Notes: generated by a model not told the origin, from the letters alone. A DNA stretch of 64,000 nucleotides from an uncultured Nitrososphaerales archaeon (GCA_963713605.1 CAVQMO010000001.1:192001-256000); one strand, 5' to 3'. Positions 21,364-31,757 are shown, counted from the stretch's first letter. A program made the numbers and translations.

Positions 21364-22140
21364 CTATTTATCTTCCAAACCTAACCAGCCATATCCTCTA
21401 GCTTCGAGCTCATCGGCAAGAGTTTTATCCCCTGACTTGATGATCTTACCTCTTGCCATCACATGTACATAATCAAGTTTCGACAGGTATCGTAATATCC
21501 TAGCATAGTGAGTTATCACAAGTACGCCAGCACCAGTATCAATTAATTGGTTGATTGCTTCCGCAACAGCTTTCACGGCATCTATATCAAGGCCGGAATC
21601 AGGCTCATCGAGAATCGCTAAGTTTGGCTTAAGGACCAACATCTGCATGACTTCTGATCTTTTTTTCTCTCCTCCAGAAAATCCTTCATTCAAATACCTG
21701 CTTAGAAATGATTTGTCTAGGCCTACTGAGTCTAGATTCTTCTTGACATATTCGTGAAATTCTCTTACTGTAAGGAATACCTCACGGTTTTTTTGGTCGT
21801 CGGCTAATGATTTGTTCAAAGTATTATAGGCATTTCTCAAAAAGTGACTATACCCAACTCCTGGGATTTCAATAGGATACTGAAAGCCAAGGAATAGACC
21901 TTTCTTCGTTCTCTCATCAGTGGGTAGCTTCATGATACTTTCCCCTTTGATCAGAGCATCTCCTCCGGTAACTGAGTATTTGGGATGCCCCAGCAAGACG
22001 TTTGCAAATGTGCTTTTGCCAGAACCATTTGGGCCCATAATTACATGAACCTCACCCTTGTCAATCTTCAAATTTAGCCCATTCAGTATTTCCTTATTAT
22101 CGATACTTGCATGAAGGTCGTTGACCTCAAGAAAGACCAT
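21364..22140 (-). CDS. sufC: Fe-S cluster assembly ATPase SufC
   Basis: MGPNGSGKST, FQYPIEIPGV, LNEGFSGGEKKR, ILDEPDSGLDID, ITHY; likely ATG 22140. Confidence 0.95.
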   Translation of the reverse strand: MVFLEVNDLHASIDNKEILNGLNLKIDKGEVHVIMGPNGSGKSTFANVLLGHPKYSVTGGDALIKGESIMKLPTDERTKKGLFLGFQYPIEIPGVGYSHFLRNAYNTLNKSLADDQKNREVFLTVREFHEYVKKNLDSVGLDKSFLSRYLNEGFSGGEKKRSEVMQMLVLKPNLAILDEPDSGLDIDAVKAVAEAINQLIDTGAGVLVITHYARILRYLSKLDYVHVMARGKIIKSGDKTLADELEARGYGWLGLEDK

Positions 22141-22273
22141 TAAATAGTGTACTTCAAAATGCTTAATATAAGTATATATCACTAGCTGGGCATTTTAAAA
22201 GCTCATTTCAGTTTTGTTGATTCTCACTCAATACACGCCAAAGCACGTCAGAGGCATATTATTTCTGAGTAGT

Positions 22274-22546
22274 TCAAGTTGCGGATAAAGTAGAGTTGGC
22301 TGATGTAGAGTTGGCTGATGTAGAGTTGGCTGATGTAGAGTTGGCTGATGTAGAGTTGGCTCCTTCAGATGAAGATTGAGGATTATCCTGCGAAGCTCCC
22401 TCGGTTGTAGGTAAATTCTGACGGTAAATTGATTCTATTACTCCGGGGTCAGGAGCAGCATTACCAAAGATGTAATATACTAAAACTCCGGTTAACGCAC
22501 CCAAACCAAGTATAGATACAAATGCTACTTTTCCAACTGATCCCAT
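22274..22546 (-). CDS. small membrane-anchored protein with ANSTS repeats
   Basis: N-terminal TM helix; low-complexity tail. Confidence 0.75.
   Translation of the reverse strand: MGSVGKVAFVSILGLGALTGVLVYYIFGNAAPDPGVIESIYRQNLPTTEGASQDNPQSSSEGANSTSANSTSANSTSANSTSANSTLSAT
22290..22361. repeat. 15-bp tandem repeat (gtagagttggctgat x4 plus a partial unit)
   Basis: Seen directly; encodes (ANSTS)n on the minus strand. Confidence 0.95.
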
Positions 22547-22719
22547 CTTGGCAGGTTCATTAAATACTGACCCATATTAAATCCTTGATACAAAGGTTCG
22601 CTGAACATTTGCATGTATCATCTTTAAATGACCAAATGCTAATTTAGTGAGTATATTGAACATAATTCCGACTGAGAAGGATTTTAAGACTCGGTCACTT
22701 TCAACAAGTAACTTTTAAT

Positions 22720-22926
22720 TTGGTCTACTATTCAAGAATGCTAAATACCAAGTTGACCAAGAACGTAGTAAAATGCATATGGTGCAAGAATGCTGTAATA
22801 TTTCGCTTCAAACCAATGGCCCAGTGGAATCTGCCACAAGATGGCTATCTTTGTGGAGATTGTTACGAAAAAAAGCTCGCTGAATATTATCTAACTCCTG
22901 ATCGTAGGAATCTTACGAAGCAATAG
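22720..22926 (+). CDS. small zinc-ribbon protein
   Basis: CIWC...LCGDCY paired Cys motifs. Confidence 0.7.
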   Translation: MVYYSRMLNTKLTKNVVKCIWCKNAVIFRFKPMAQWNLPQDGYLCGDCYEKKLAEYYLTPDRRNLTKQ

Positions 22927-23056
22927 GATAAATATGCATAGTAATTCGGCACAAATGACTGTTACCGGAATTAGCGAAACTAGGTCTTGTCCTCACTTCC
23001 TTGAGAACAAATAGGTCTGTCCTATTCGTCTAACTTGTAAGAAAGGTGGATTTAGA

Positions 23057-23500
23057 TCACCTATATGACTTTTGTTTTCTACGCCTAGCACTTGGACCAC
23101 CAAATTTCTTTGATTCAGTCTGCCTAGGATCGCCCGCCAAAAAGTGACGGTCATATTCTGTTATTTTTCTTCTTATCTCTTCACGAATGCTCTTTGACAG
23201 AGGATGATCTTTAGGGTCTTTTCCTCCTTTCCCTTCTCCGGTCAGAGCTCTAGAAATGGCAACTGCACTTGCGAAGGCTTGTCCCATGAATCCACCTCCG
23301 TGGACCTTTACGCTAAGATCTATCCTATTTCTTATCTCTCCTATCAAATGGATTGGGACCAGGACAACTTCTCTTGCGACTTCCGGTTCCATGACTTCAG
23401 CGGGAATATTGTTTATTCTGACTTTGCCGTTGCCCTTCGATATGGTGGCAGTGGCTCTACTTGTCTTACGCTGTCCAGGATAAAGATCTACCTTGTTCAT
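23057..23500 (-). CDS. rps9: 30S ribosomal protein S9
   Basis: G.RKTS.A, VHGGGFMGQA, DPRQTESKKFGGPSARRRKQKSYR. Confidence 0.97.
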   Translation of the reverse strand: MNKVDLYPGQRKTSRATATISKGNGKVRINNIPAEVMEPEVAREVVLVPIHLIGEIRNRIDLSVKVHGGGFMGQAFASAVAISRALTGEGKGGKDPKDHPLSKSIREEIRRKITEYDRHFLAGDPRQTESKKFGGPSARRRKQKSYR

Positions 23501-23958
23501 TTATTGTATTCACCCTTCCATCCAATTTGTTTGGCAACATCTCCAACGGTAATATAATAAGACTCGGGTTTTCTTATTTTACAATCCTCAAATACTTTTG
23601 GCTGCTCGCGGCTTAATTTTTCAGGCACGCCAATATAAACCCTCAATTGCTTGAAAGCTTCGATGCCGCTAGTCTTGCGTTTGGGGATCATCCCTCTGAC
23701 CATTCTTGTTAATATTGTGTCCGGCCTACGAGGGTGAAATGGGCCATGAATGGGGTTAGTGACCGAGCTAATCTCTAAATCTTCTTTATAGATCTCTATG
23801 GTTTTGTACCTGTTTCCAGATATCATGGCTTTTTCTGCATTTATTACCGATACTTTGTTACCCTCCAACAGGAGCTTGGAAACGCGTGAACAAGTTCTAC
23901 CCGCAATGCAATTTGCTATATCAACAATAATTGTTGATGGTGGGTGTTTCTTATCCAA
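23497..23958 (-). CDS. rpl13: 50S ribosomal protein L13
   Basis: IAGR..S.V.KLLL.G, GPFHPRRPD.IL.RMVRGMIP. Confidence 0.96.
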   Translation of the reverse strand: MDKKHPPSTIIVDIANCIAGRTCSRVSKLLLEGNKVSVINAEKAMISGNRYKTIEIYKEDLEISSVTNPIHGPFHPRRPDTILTRMVRGMIPKRKTSGIEAFKQLRVYIGVPEKLSREQPKVFEDCKIRKPESYYITVGDVAKQIGWKGEYNK

Positions 23959-24301
23959 TTATCTTCACTCCCGAGCCGTGAGGGTACTTTTCAATAAGGT
24001 CAGCAAGAGCGAGGATCTGACCACCGGCCTCATTTATCTTCCTCGTAGCTAATTTTGAAATCGAATATGCATATACTATAACAGAATGACCCAAATTTCC
24101 GGCACCGAGTATCTTGCCAGGAACGATAATCACGTCTCCTTCTTTCGTAAACTTTGATAATTTATCTACATTTACCTCTCGTTTATTACTTCTTGAATTA
24201 AGGAGTCTGCGTTCAACATCTTTCCAGAGAGGTGCCTTTGTCCTTTTGGATGCCATTCTAAGCGTCCATACTGTGTCTGCAATAACACCGTCAGTTAGCA
24301 T
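23951..24301 (-). CDS. rpl18e: 50S ribosomal protein L18e
   Basis: APLWKDV, EVNVDKL, IIVPGKILGAG; conserved operon position. Confidence 0.95.
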   Translation of the reverse strand: MLTDGVIADTVWTLRMASKRTKAPLWKDVERRLLNSRSNKREVNVDKLSKFTKEGDVIIVPGKILGAGNLGHSVIVYAYSISKLATRKINEAGGQILALADLIEKYPHGSGVKIIG

Positions 24302-24359
24302 GATTTATCTTGCAGTGTTACTTTTTGAATCCCCAAATAAATGTACTCACATAACTTTT

Positions 24360-25010
24360 TCAGGGAACATGCAAAGATGCGACAGTATCGGTAAAATTTT
24401 TTACCTTCGAATTCAACCTCTGGATTGCAGCATCAATTGTCTCTTCTGCAGTTAGTGCTCCTGTAGTCTCGACAGTCAATATTGATTGATTTTGCTCTGT
24501 CCCGTCTGTGACAATTGAGCATGTGGTCGGCTGCCACTTGGCATGATTGCTACCTACCCCTAGTCTAGCATATGCTTCAAACTTTAATTTTTGAGATGGT
24601 GCCAAAATTATGATTGGAATATCGTTACTCACTGGTCTAACAACATCGTCCTCAGAGACCAGTTCTCCCGAAGTAACAAGCTTAGTTTTGTCACTGGCCT
24701 CAGAATCTAATATTAGCAATACTCTGCATTTTGAGCAACCGAGAGAATTGTTACAATCACAATCCTGCGGCAGAACAAATCTATTCAGATCAGTACGAAG
24801 CGGAATCAGTCCTAATCTATGCGCGATCGCTTCGTCGTGCATTACCGACGAGTTTTCCATCATGACCACATCATCAATCGCTAATGCGGGAACTTCGCTT
24901 ATCGAAATCCTTCTTATTGCATTAACATATTGTCTAGGAACATTATTAAACCTCAACACGATGCGATTATTAGTTTTACTCACAACATCTAGAGAAGGCG
25001 CCTGAACCAA
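24360..25010 (-). CDS. rpo3: DNA-directed RNA polymerase subunit D (Rpo3)
   Basis: NAIRR...EVP.LAID.V..ENSSV.HDE.IAHRLGLIPL; Cys cluster CDC....GCSKC; HAKWQP. Confidence 0.96.
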   Translation of the reverse strand: MVQAPSLDVVSKTNNRIVLRFNNVPRQYVNAIRRISISEVPALAIDDVVMMENSSVMHDEAIAHRLGLIPLRTDLNRFVLPQDCDCNNSLGCSKCRVLLILDSEASDKTKLVTSGELVSEDDVVRPVSNDIPIIILAPSQKLKFEAYARLGVGSNHAKWQPTTCSIVTDGTEQNQSILTVETTGALTAEETIDAAIQRLNSKVKNFTDTVASLHVP

Positions 25011-25117
25011 CTTTTCATTGTTAACTAGAGGCTATTAAAAATCTACCGAAAAATAGCCTCTTTCGTGCATATGTTGCCATGTCAAATACACAAAAGCTCA
25101 AAAGCGCGATAAGTTGT

Positions 25118-25444
25118 TTATGAATTCGGCAACAGTACCGTTGGATCATCAGCTCCCGTGGGAATATCTTCAGACGTTGTATTAGACATATCAGGAGTAG
25201 AGCTTGGAGGCAATGTTGGATCATTAGCTCCCGTGGGGATGTCTTCAGACGTTGTATTAGACATATCGGGAGTAGAGCTTGGAGGCAATGTTGGATCATT
25301 AGCTCCCGTTGGTATATCTTCTGAGGTAGCAGTGCCTGTTGTTGCATTCACCAAAGGCAAAGGCACGGACATCAGGAATATCCCTGCAGATATAAATGAG
25401 ATTATTACGATGACACCAGTTTGCAAGGAAGATTTTAGACTCAC
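25118..25444 (-). CDS. exported Pro/Thr/Ser/Asp-rich repeat protein
   Basis: Signal-peptide-like N-terminus plus a 25-aa repeat. Confidence 0.75.
   Translation of the reverse strand: MSLKSSLQTGVIVIISFISAGIFLMSVPLPLVNATTGTATSEDIPTGANDPTLPPSSTPDMSNTTSEDIPTGANDPTLPPSSTPDMSNTTSEDIPTGADDPTVLLPNS
25141..25325. repeat. 75-bp tandem repeat (about 2.5 copies)
   Basis: Unit starts at 25141, 25216 and 25291; encodes TSEDIPTGANDPTLPPSSTPDMSNT. Confidence 0.92.
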
Positions 25445-25899
25445 AAACCACTACATCTGGGCTTGACGCTTTAAACTTTACTAGAAAGTAAATGATTTTG
25501 TTGAGTTGCTTGGAATGGAACAGTGATGCGCTTTGGCGTTGCTAATTGTCAATAACAAGCTCATAAGTTGGATTCTGTCTACCTTTTGGACTGCTTGGAC
25601 TGCTTGTGGGAACATAGGCTAATGAATAATCGATTAAGATGACCGCCACTTTATTGTCGTAAGTTGAATGTAGATTGCCCTTTGAATGTTTTGGTTGGCG
25701 TTTGTCAATTGGAACGTTCACGTGTATCGTTGACTACAATCGGCAATCGTCCAGTCTCCAATTCTACATCAGGAACTAATATCCTAAAAAACAAATATTT
25801 AGTTAATAATGAAACTTTCAAACCTTATTATTATAACTGTGATGCATACAGAAAGCTAGTTATATTTTTTATAGTGCTTACTAGGTGGAATGCAATATA

Positions 25900-27349
25900 A
25901 TGCAAAAGTCACGACTATTAGCTATCTTTCCAGGTCTTGCAATTTTGGGCGTGCTGGTCTCCTTTGGCGCGGTAAATTATGCATCAGGGTATACGGAAAA
26001 TCAGTCAGGCATCCAATTTAGTTGTTTTCAGACTGACGAAAGTACCGGTGAATATCTGCTTGATGAAGAGGGTAATCTAATACCATGTGAAATAAATTCA
26101 GGAGATAACGCCTGGATGCTTACTGCTTCGGCGCTTGTTCTCGTCATGACACCGGCGGGATTGGCCATGTTCTACGGTGGTCTGGCACGACACAAAAACG
26201 CTGTAAGTACCATTCATATGGTTTTCATGGCTGTAGGACTTGTGACTATTCAATGGGTCCTTTGGGGATACTCTCTTGCATTTGGTCCGGACGCAACAGG
26301 TCATGGTTTTATAGGTAATTTTGACTGGGCTGGTTTGAATTATGTATTACATGATGTCCCTTCTGATGTGTATGCTATAACGATACCTCACGGGACGTTC
26401 ATGATCTTTCAAATGATGTTCGCCATAATCACACCGGCTCTTATTGTTGCGGCCTTGGCGGAAAGAATGAAGTGGAGCGCTTACGTAGTATTTGTAGTAA
26501 TATGGGCTACCTTTGTCTATGATTTTGCCGACCACTGGACATGGTCTCTCGGTACAGGAGGGACTGCTGTAGGTTGGACTGGAGCGCTGCCGTCACTTGA
26601 CTTTGCAGGAGGAACTGTAATCCACATTACATCAGGTTGGGCAGGATTAGTCATCGCTGTAATGCTCGGCCGACGATTGGGATATGGAAAGGTCCCGATG
26701 GAACCCCACAATGTTCCACTAATAGTGCTAGGTGCTGCTCTGCTGTGGTTTGGCTGGTTCGGGTTTAATGCTGGCTCAGCAGGTGGAGCGGGAACAAACG
26801 CAACTAGCGCATTCGTTGCAACTCAAATTGCAACTGGGGTTGCGGCTTTAACCTGGATGTTAATTTCTTGGGCGCACACTGGTAGACCGTCAACAGTAGG
26901 TGGCAGCTTCAGGAGCTGTCGCTGGACTAGTAGCAATTACTCCGGCTTCAGGTTTTGTAGGGCCGATGGCGGCGATTATAATAGGCATTGCAGCATCGAT
27001 TGTTTGCTACGCAGCAGTAGTATTCAAGAACCGCAGAAAGTGGGATGATGCGCTTGACACATGGGCTGTTCATGGCATGGGTGGTCTAGCAGGTGCACTC
27101 TTAACAGGAATCTTCGCTCAAACAATATACACTCCCATAGCTGATGGTCTTGCGTTTGGAAATCCGGTCCAATTGTTGAACAATGCTATAGGTGCATTTG
27201 CAGCTTTAGCATGGGCGGTTGGCATTACCGCACTTATAATTAAGGTGATGGACCTCGTTTGGCCTGGTGGAATACGAGTTACACCGAAGGAAGAAGAAGT
27301 CGGGCTGGACCTTTCACAGCATGGAGAAAGAGCATACGTGACGGAATAA
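25900..27349 (+). CDS. amt: ammonium transporter Amt (frameshift near 26900)
   Basis: GDNAWML...LV..MTP.GLA.FYGG, FQMMFAIITPAL, DFAGGTVIH, WFGWFGFNAGS; second frame GAVAGLVAITP, DDALD..AVHG, EE.GLD.SQHGE.AY. Confidence 0.95.
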
Positions 27350-27382
27350 AAGGTTCCTCCTTTTTTCCATTTTACTTTTTTT
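27350..27382 (+). terminator. oligo-T archaeal terminator candidate after amt
   Basis: CCTTTTTTCCATTTTACTTTTTT right after the stop codon. Confidence 0.5.
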
Positions 27383-27656
27383 CACTATCTTCATGTTTTC
27401 GTATTTGGATACCACACTCGGACATCTAACATAGCTCAAAGGGTTTTCTCAAGAAAAAGCGAGTGGAAGGAAGCGATGCGGAGTGGTCGATTATCGGTTC
27501 ATCACTACATGTTATTTCGTCCAATATGGTGCCTTCAAATCTTAGGCTTAATATGTTGTTCTTGATGATGATTCAATCTACCGTTGCCCGGTAGCCTCCA
27601 AATGCTACAGTATACATATATTGCTTCCAACCTGTCTAAGAATTTAGGATGGACAT

Positions 27657-28350
27657 ATGCCTGAAGCCAAGGTGACTGTCGTGAAATTGGTAATTGAAGG
27701 TAATAGATTTGAAATTTTGGTTAAACCTGATCTTGCTCTTGATTATAGACTGGGCAAGAGAAACGATCTGACCAATGTTTTGATATCTGATGAGGTATAT
27801 TCGGATGCAAACAAAGGATCTAGAGCCTCCAGTGATAAGCTTTCTAAATATTTTAAAACTAATGACTTAGGCGAAGTCGCTCAACAGATCCTGTTGAATG
27901 GTGAGCTAAATTTAACTACGGAACAGAGGCGAAAAATGGTAGAAGAGAAAAAAAAACAGATTATCGACTTCATTAGCAAGAGCCTTCGTTGACCCGAAGA
28001 CACATCTTCCGCACCCACCTTTGAGGATACAAAGTGCTATGGAAGATGTCAGAATTAGCATCGATCCTTTCAAGAAAGCAGATGAACAAGCAAAATTCAT
28101 TATCGACTCGCTAAGAAAGGTCCTTCCTTTAAAATCCGAAATATTGAAACTGACTGTGACTATTCCAGCAAACCACTCCGCTCAAGGATATAGTGCTTTA
28201 AAGAGTATAGGAAATTTCAAGAGTGATGAATGGCTTGCAGACGGTTCAGTTCGGGTCACGTTAGAAGTCAACGCAGGCATGAAAGGTAGGATTATTGAAA
28301 AGATTGGATCAGCGACTCGAGGAACAGCTCAAATTAGAGAGGATCTCTAA
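27657..28350 (+). CDS. ribosome maturation factor SBDS/Sdo1 (frameshift near 27983)
   Basis: RFEILVKP, KG.RAS, GEL.LTTEQRR; next frame VDPKTHLPHPPLRI..AM; heads the exosome operon. Confidence 0.92.
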
Positions 28351-28459
28351 CTGAAATTCATTTAAAATATAAATCCCATCATGTTTCCCAAAGGCGAGAA
28401 AGAAATGACAAGTACCTTGTACTAAAAGCAATATGATATATTGGAGGAGATATTGATCA

Positions 28460-29251
28460 ATGCAAGAAATAAAGAGAAAATACGTAGTCCCGGGAGACAG
28501 GATTATTGATGGCAATTTCCGTCCTCTCTCGAATGTGACTAAATCTGGAAATTCTATTTTTGCAACTAGAATTGGTATTGCAGAAGCCACAAGAGATGGG
28601 ATCAAGGTAATTCCTTTGTCCGGAGTATATATTCCTCGTGTTAATGATATAGTGATTGGCAAAATTATCGATCATTCTTCTTTGTCCTGGCAGGTCGACA
28701 TAAGCTCATGCTTCTCTGCGCATTTGCCCGCTCAAGATGTTTTTGGAAGGGATTTTTCACCGGCCCGTGATGATATGAATAAGCAACTCGCAATAGGTGA
28801 TCTAGTTACTGCGAGAATAATGGCATTTGACAGGACACGAGATCCTATGCTAACTATTCAGGATAAGGATCTTGGAAGAATTCCGCGAGGCGAATTTCTG
28901 AAAATCTCTGCTACTCGTGTTCCACGATTAATTGGAAAACGCGGTTCTATGATACAGACAATCGAACAAGCTACTCAGACGCGAATATTGATAGGGCAGA
29001 ATGGTGTAGTAGTTGTTACCGGCAGAAATGCTGATGGCACTCAACTCGCTATTAGAGCGATTCGGATGGTGGAGGAGGAAGCACATACATCAAACCTCAC
29101 TCAACGGATTAAGACGCTTTTGAACGTTCCTGAGCCTCAATCTACTGAAACCCTCTCAGAGGTGGTTGAACCAGAAGGCCAAAAATTAAGCGGTATCCCG
29201 GAAACAGAAGAACAGGTGGTGGAAGAATTGGAAAAAGGTGACAAAGAATAA
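28460..29251 (+). CDS. rrp4: exosome RNA-binding protein Rrp4
   Basis: YVVPGD, YIPRVNDIVIG (S1), VPRLIGKRGSMI (KH), IGQNG. Confidence 0.96.
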   Translation: MQEIKRKYVVPGDRIIDGNFRPLSNVTKSGNSIFATRIGIAEATRDGIKVIPLSGVYIPRVNDIVIGKIIDHSSLSWQVDISSCFSAHLPAQDVFGRDFSPARDDMNKQLAIGDLVTARIMAFDRTRDPMLTIQDKDLGRIPRGEFLKISATRVPRLIGKRGSMIQTIEQATQTRILIGQNGVVVVTGRNADGTQLAIRAIRMVEEEAHTSNLTQRIKTLLNVPEPQSTETLSEVVEPEGQKLSGIPETEEQVVEELEKGDKE

Positions 29252-29991
29252 TGGTACAGACAAGGAGCCTAATAGACGAACAAGGGCTTAGAACTGATGG
29301 GCGAACCATCGATGAGTTGCGCAATGTCAAGATACAAGTGGGAGTAGTGAAAAATGCGGATGGATCTGCCTATATAGAGTTTGGGAAAAACAGAATTGTC
29401 GCCACTGTATATGGTCCCAAAGAAGTCCATCCGAAACACATGGCGCAACCTGATAGATGTGTTTTAAGATGTAGATATCATATGTCACCATTCTCAACTG
29501 ATACCCGTAAGAATCCTGCTCCTTCAAGGCGAGAAGTTGAAATTTCGAAAGTAATGAGGGAGGCGTTGGAGCCAGCGCTGATGCTCGAGGATTATCCAAG
29601 GGCAGCAATCGATGTATTTGTTGAAGTTTTGCAAGCCGACGGAGGCTCAAGGTGTGCTGGCATTACTGCTGCATCGGTTGCCTTGGCCGACGCAGGCATC
29701 AACATGCGAGATATTGTTCCCGCATGCGCTGCCGGAAAGGTTGATGGGAAGATAGTTCTAGACATTAATGATGTTGAAGATAAGGAAGGAAGTGCGGATA
29801 TGCCATTGGCATATATGCCACATCTTGAACGAATCACTCTTCTGCAGCTTGACGGCATTTTGAACCAGGAAGAGTTTAATGAGTGTCTAGACAAGGCGTT
29901 ACAGGGTTGCAAAATGATTTATGAGATTCAAAGAAAAGCACTTATTCAGAAATACTTTGGAGACGAACAGGGGTTGAAAGAGGAGTCTTGA
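29251..29991 (+). CDS. rrp41: exosome exonuclease Rrp41
   Basis: RTDGR..DELR, ADGSAY, YGPKEVHP, SRRE.EIS, LQADGGSR. Confidence 0.97.
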   Translation: MVQTRSLIDEQGLRTDGRTIDELRNVKIQVGVVKNADGSAYIEFGKNRIVATVYGPKEVHPKHMAQPDRCVLRCRYHMSPFSTDTRKNPAPSRREVEISKVMREALEPALMLEDYPRAAIDVFVEVLQADGGSRCAGITAASVALADAGINMRDIVPACAAGKVDGKIVLDINDVEDKEGSADMPLAYMPHLERITLLQLDGILNQEEFNECLDKALQGCKMIYEIQRKALIQKYFGDEQGLKEES

Positions 29992-30818
29992 GTTCGTCAA
30001 AACGTTCGACAATAATAGTAGAGCATCTTCGAAGGCAACAGATGAGAGAGGCGATCTCGAAATCAAAGAGGCTTGACGGAAGAGACCTTGATGAAATGAG
30101 ACCGCTCGAGATAGAGCTGGGCATAATTGGCAAGGCAGATGGTTCATCAAGGGTAAGGTTAGGGAATTCTGAGGTTGTTGCTGGGGTTAAAGTGGAAACG
30201 GGAGAACCATTCGAAGGGTTGGAGAACAAGGGTGCCTTAATATTGTCAGCAGAGGTCCTTCCGACTGCATCACCTTACATTGAACCAGGACCTCCAGACG
30301 AGGAGACTATTGAATTGGCAAGAGTTGTGGATCGAGGAGTAAGAGAATCAGAAATGGTTGATCTTGACAAGCTAGCCCTAATTCCGGGAAAGGTTGTTTA
30401 TACTATTTTCGTTGATTGCAGTATCATAAATTATGATGGTAATCTCTTCGATGCATCATCATACGCCGTAGTTTCAGCACTAATGTCTAGCAAACTGCCG
30501 ATCTTTGAAGTGCAAGCGGGCGACGCAGTGGTAAACACTGGAAAGAAAATGGATCCTCCACTTACAACTATTCCTGTTTCCATAACTGCCGTTAGAATAG
30601 GCGATTCGGTGATACTCGATCCAACTGCTGAAGAAGAAGCCTGTATGGATGCAAGGATCACGATAACTACTAATTCTGAAGGTAATTTTGCAGCCCTACA
30701 AAAAGGATCCACCGGGTCATTCACGATTGAACAGATCAAAAGGGCGGCAGAAATAGCAAGAATTAAAGGAGAGGAAGTTCGAACCAAAATTAAAGAGCTT
30801 ACTAATAATGGTCACTAG
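29988..30818 (+). CDS. rrp42: exosome protein Rrp42
   Basis: RLDGR, ADGSS.V.LG, EPGPPDE..IELARVVDRG.RES, DGNLFDA. Confidence 0.97.
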   Translation: MSSSKRSTIIVEHLRRQQMREAISKSKRLDGRDLDEMRPLEIELGIIGKADGSSRVRLGNSEVVAGVKVETGEPFEGLENKGALILSAEVLPTASPYIEPGPPDEETIELARVVDRGVRESEMVDLDKLALIPGKVVYTIFVDCSIINYDGNLFDASSYAVVSALMSSKLPIFEVQAGDAVVNTGKKMDPPLTTIPVSITAVRIGDSVILDPTAEEEACMDARITITTNSEGNFAALQKGSTGSFTIEQIKRAAEIARIKGEEVRTKIKELTNNGH

Positions 30819-31041
30819 AAGAAAGCGCAAATCAACATCTCTTAAAGGATTAGGAGTCAAATTTGGAGCGACTGTTCGAAAGCGATATGGGGCAGTTTAC
30901 AGAATCCTTCATAAGCACAGAAAATGTCCGTCTTGTGGCTCCAAGAGATTTTCTCGGATTGCACTTGGAATATGGCATTGTCCAAAATGTCATTTTAAAG
31001 TGGCCTCGGGAGCTTATGATATTAGTACGCAGGCACTGTAA
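30808..31041 (+). CDS. rpl37ae: 50S ribosomal protein L37Ae
   Basis: G.KFGATVRKR, CPSC, GIWHCPKC..KVASGAY. Confidence 0.95.
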   Translation: MVTRRKRKSTSLKGLGVKFGATVRKRYGAVYRILHKHRKCPSCGSKRFSRIALGIWHCPKCHFKVASGAYDISTQAL

Positions 31042-31291
31042 ATCAGAGATCAGATTCTCATTCCGCCAGGATAATCAAAGGACTAGACTCGTAGCAGAGG
31101 CTGCAGTCTCTGCACTTCGCCCGGATACGAAATACTTTTCAAAAGATAATTCATCTATGTCGAAAATTTTTCTCGAGGATCACATGATAACAATCCGAGT
31201 GGAGGCGGACGATATACCTTCTTTACGGGCAAGTTTGAATTCGTATCTTATGCTCTTTAGTTTGTGTATTAACACCTTGTCTGATATTTAG
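31016..31291 (+). CDS. pcc1: KEOPS subunit Pcc1-like protein
   Basis: AL.PD, I.VEADDI.SLRASLNSYL; located between rpl37ae and prefoldin; likely ATG 31016. Confidence 0.75.
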   Translation: MILVRRHCKSEIRFSFRQDNQRTRLVAEAAVSALRPDTKYFSKDNSSMSKIFLEDHMITIRVEADDIPSLRASLNSYLMLFSLCINTLSDI

Positions 31292-31334
31292 CGCTATGAT
31301 TTTATGTTGGTGTTTGTTAATCCCTGTCATATAA

Positions 31335-31757
31335 ATGAGTGAACAAGAACTTCCACCCTGGCTGAAAGAACAAGTATCACGCTTTCAACAGCTCCAACAA
31401 AACTTACAAGCCATAATGATGCAGAAGCAGCAGGTCGAATTGGAATCCGTTGAGATAGATAGAGCATTAGAGGACCTCATTAAGGCAGGTCCAGAAGACA
31501 CCGTTTACAAGAGCGCTGGCCCATTACTGATTAGAGCTAAAAAAGAGGATATTACGAAAGAGCTTGAAGAGAAGAAGGAGCTAGCGAAGACTCGTTTGAT
31601 GGTGCTTTCAAAACAGGAAACGAGGGTAAAGGACAACCTGAAGGAAGTTGAAAACAAGATTAATCAAATGATAAGAGGTGCACAAGGGAATTTAGGTCCT
31701 ACTGGGGGACCTGGAATGTTAGGAGGCACCAACTCGTCAGCCCAAAGCCCACAATGA
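31335..31757 (+). CDS. pfdB: prefoldin beta subunit
   Basis: ELPPWL..Q..RFQQLQQ.LQ, VYKSAG.LLI; coiled coil. Confidence 0.94.
   Translation: MSEQELPPWLKEQVSRFQQLQQNLQAIMMQKQQVELESVEIDRALEDLIKAGPEDTVYKSAGPLLIRAKKEDITKELEEKKELAKTRLMVLSKQETRVKDNLKEVENKINQMIRGAQGNLGPTGGPGMLGGTNSSAQSPQ

Noticed and set aside
22987..23026. Two adjacent short hairpins downstream of rps9
   Set aside because: Short imperfect stems between convergent genes; could be chance or simple terminator structure.
26880..28000. Programmed ribosomal frameshifting in amt or SBDS
   Set aside because: No slippery heptamer at the junctions, and similar breaks occur in many unrelated genes, favouring sequencing error.
23204..30787. 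Numerous antisense or overlapping ORFs within ribosomal, RNAP and exosome genes
   Set aside because: Shadow ORFs of well-supported genes on the opposite strand or in another frame.
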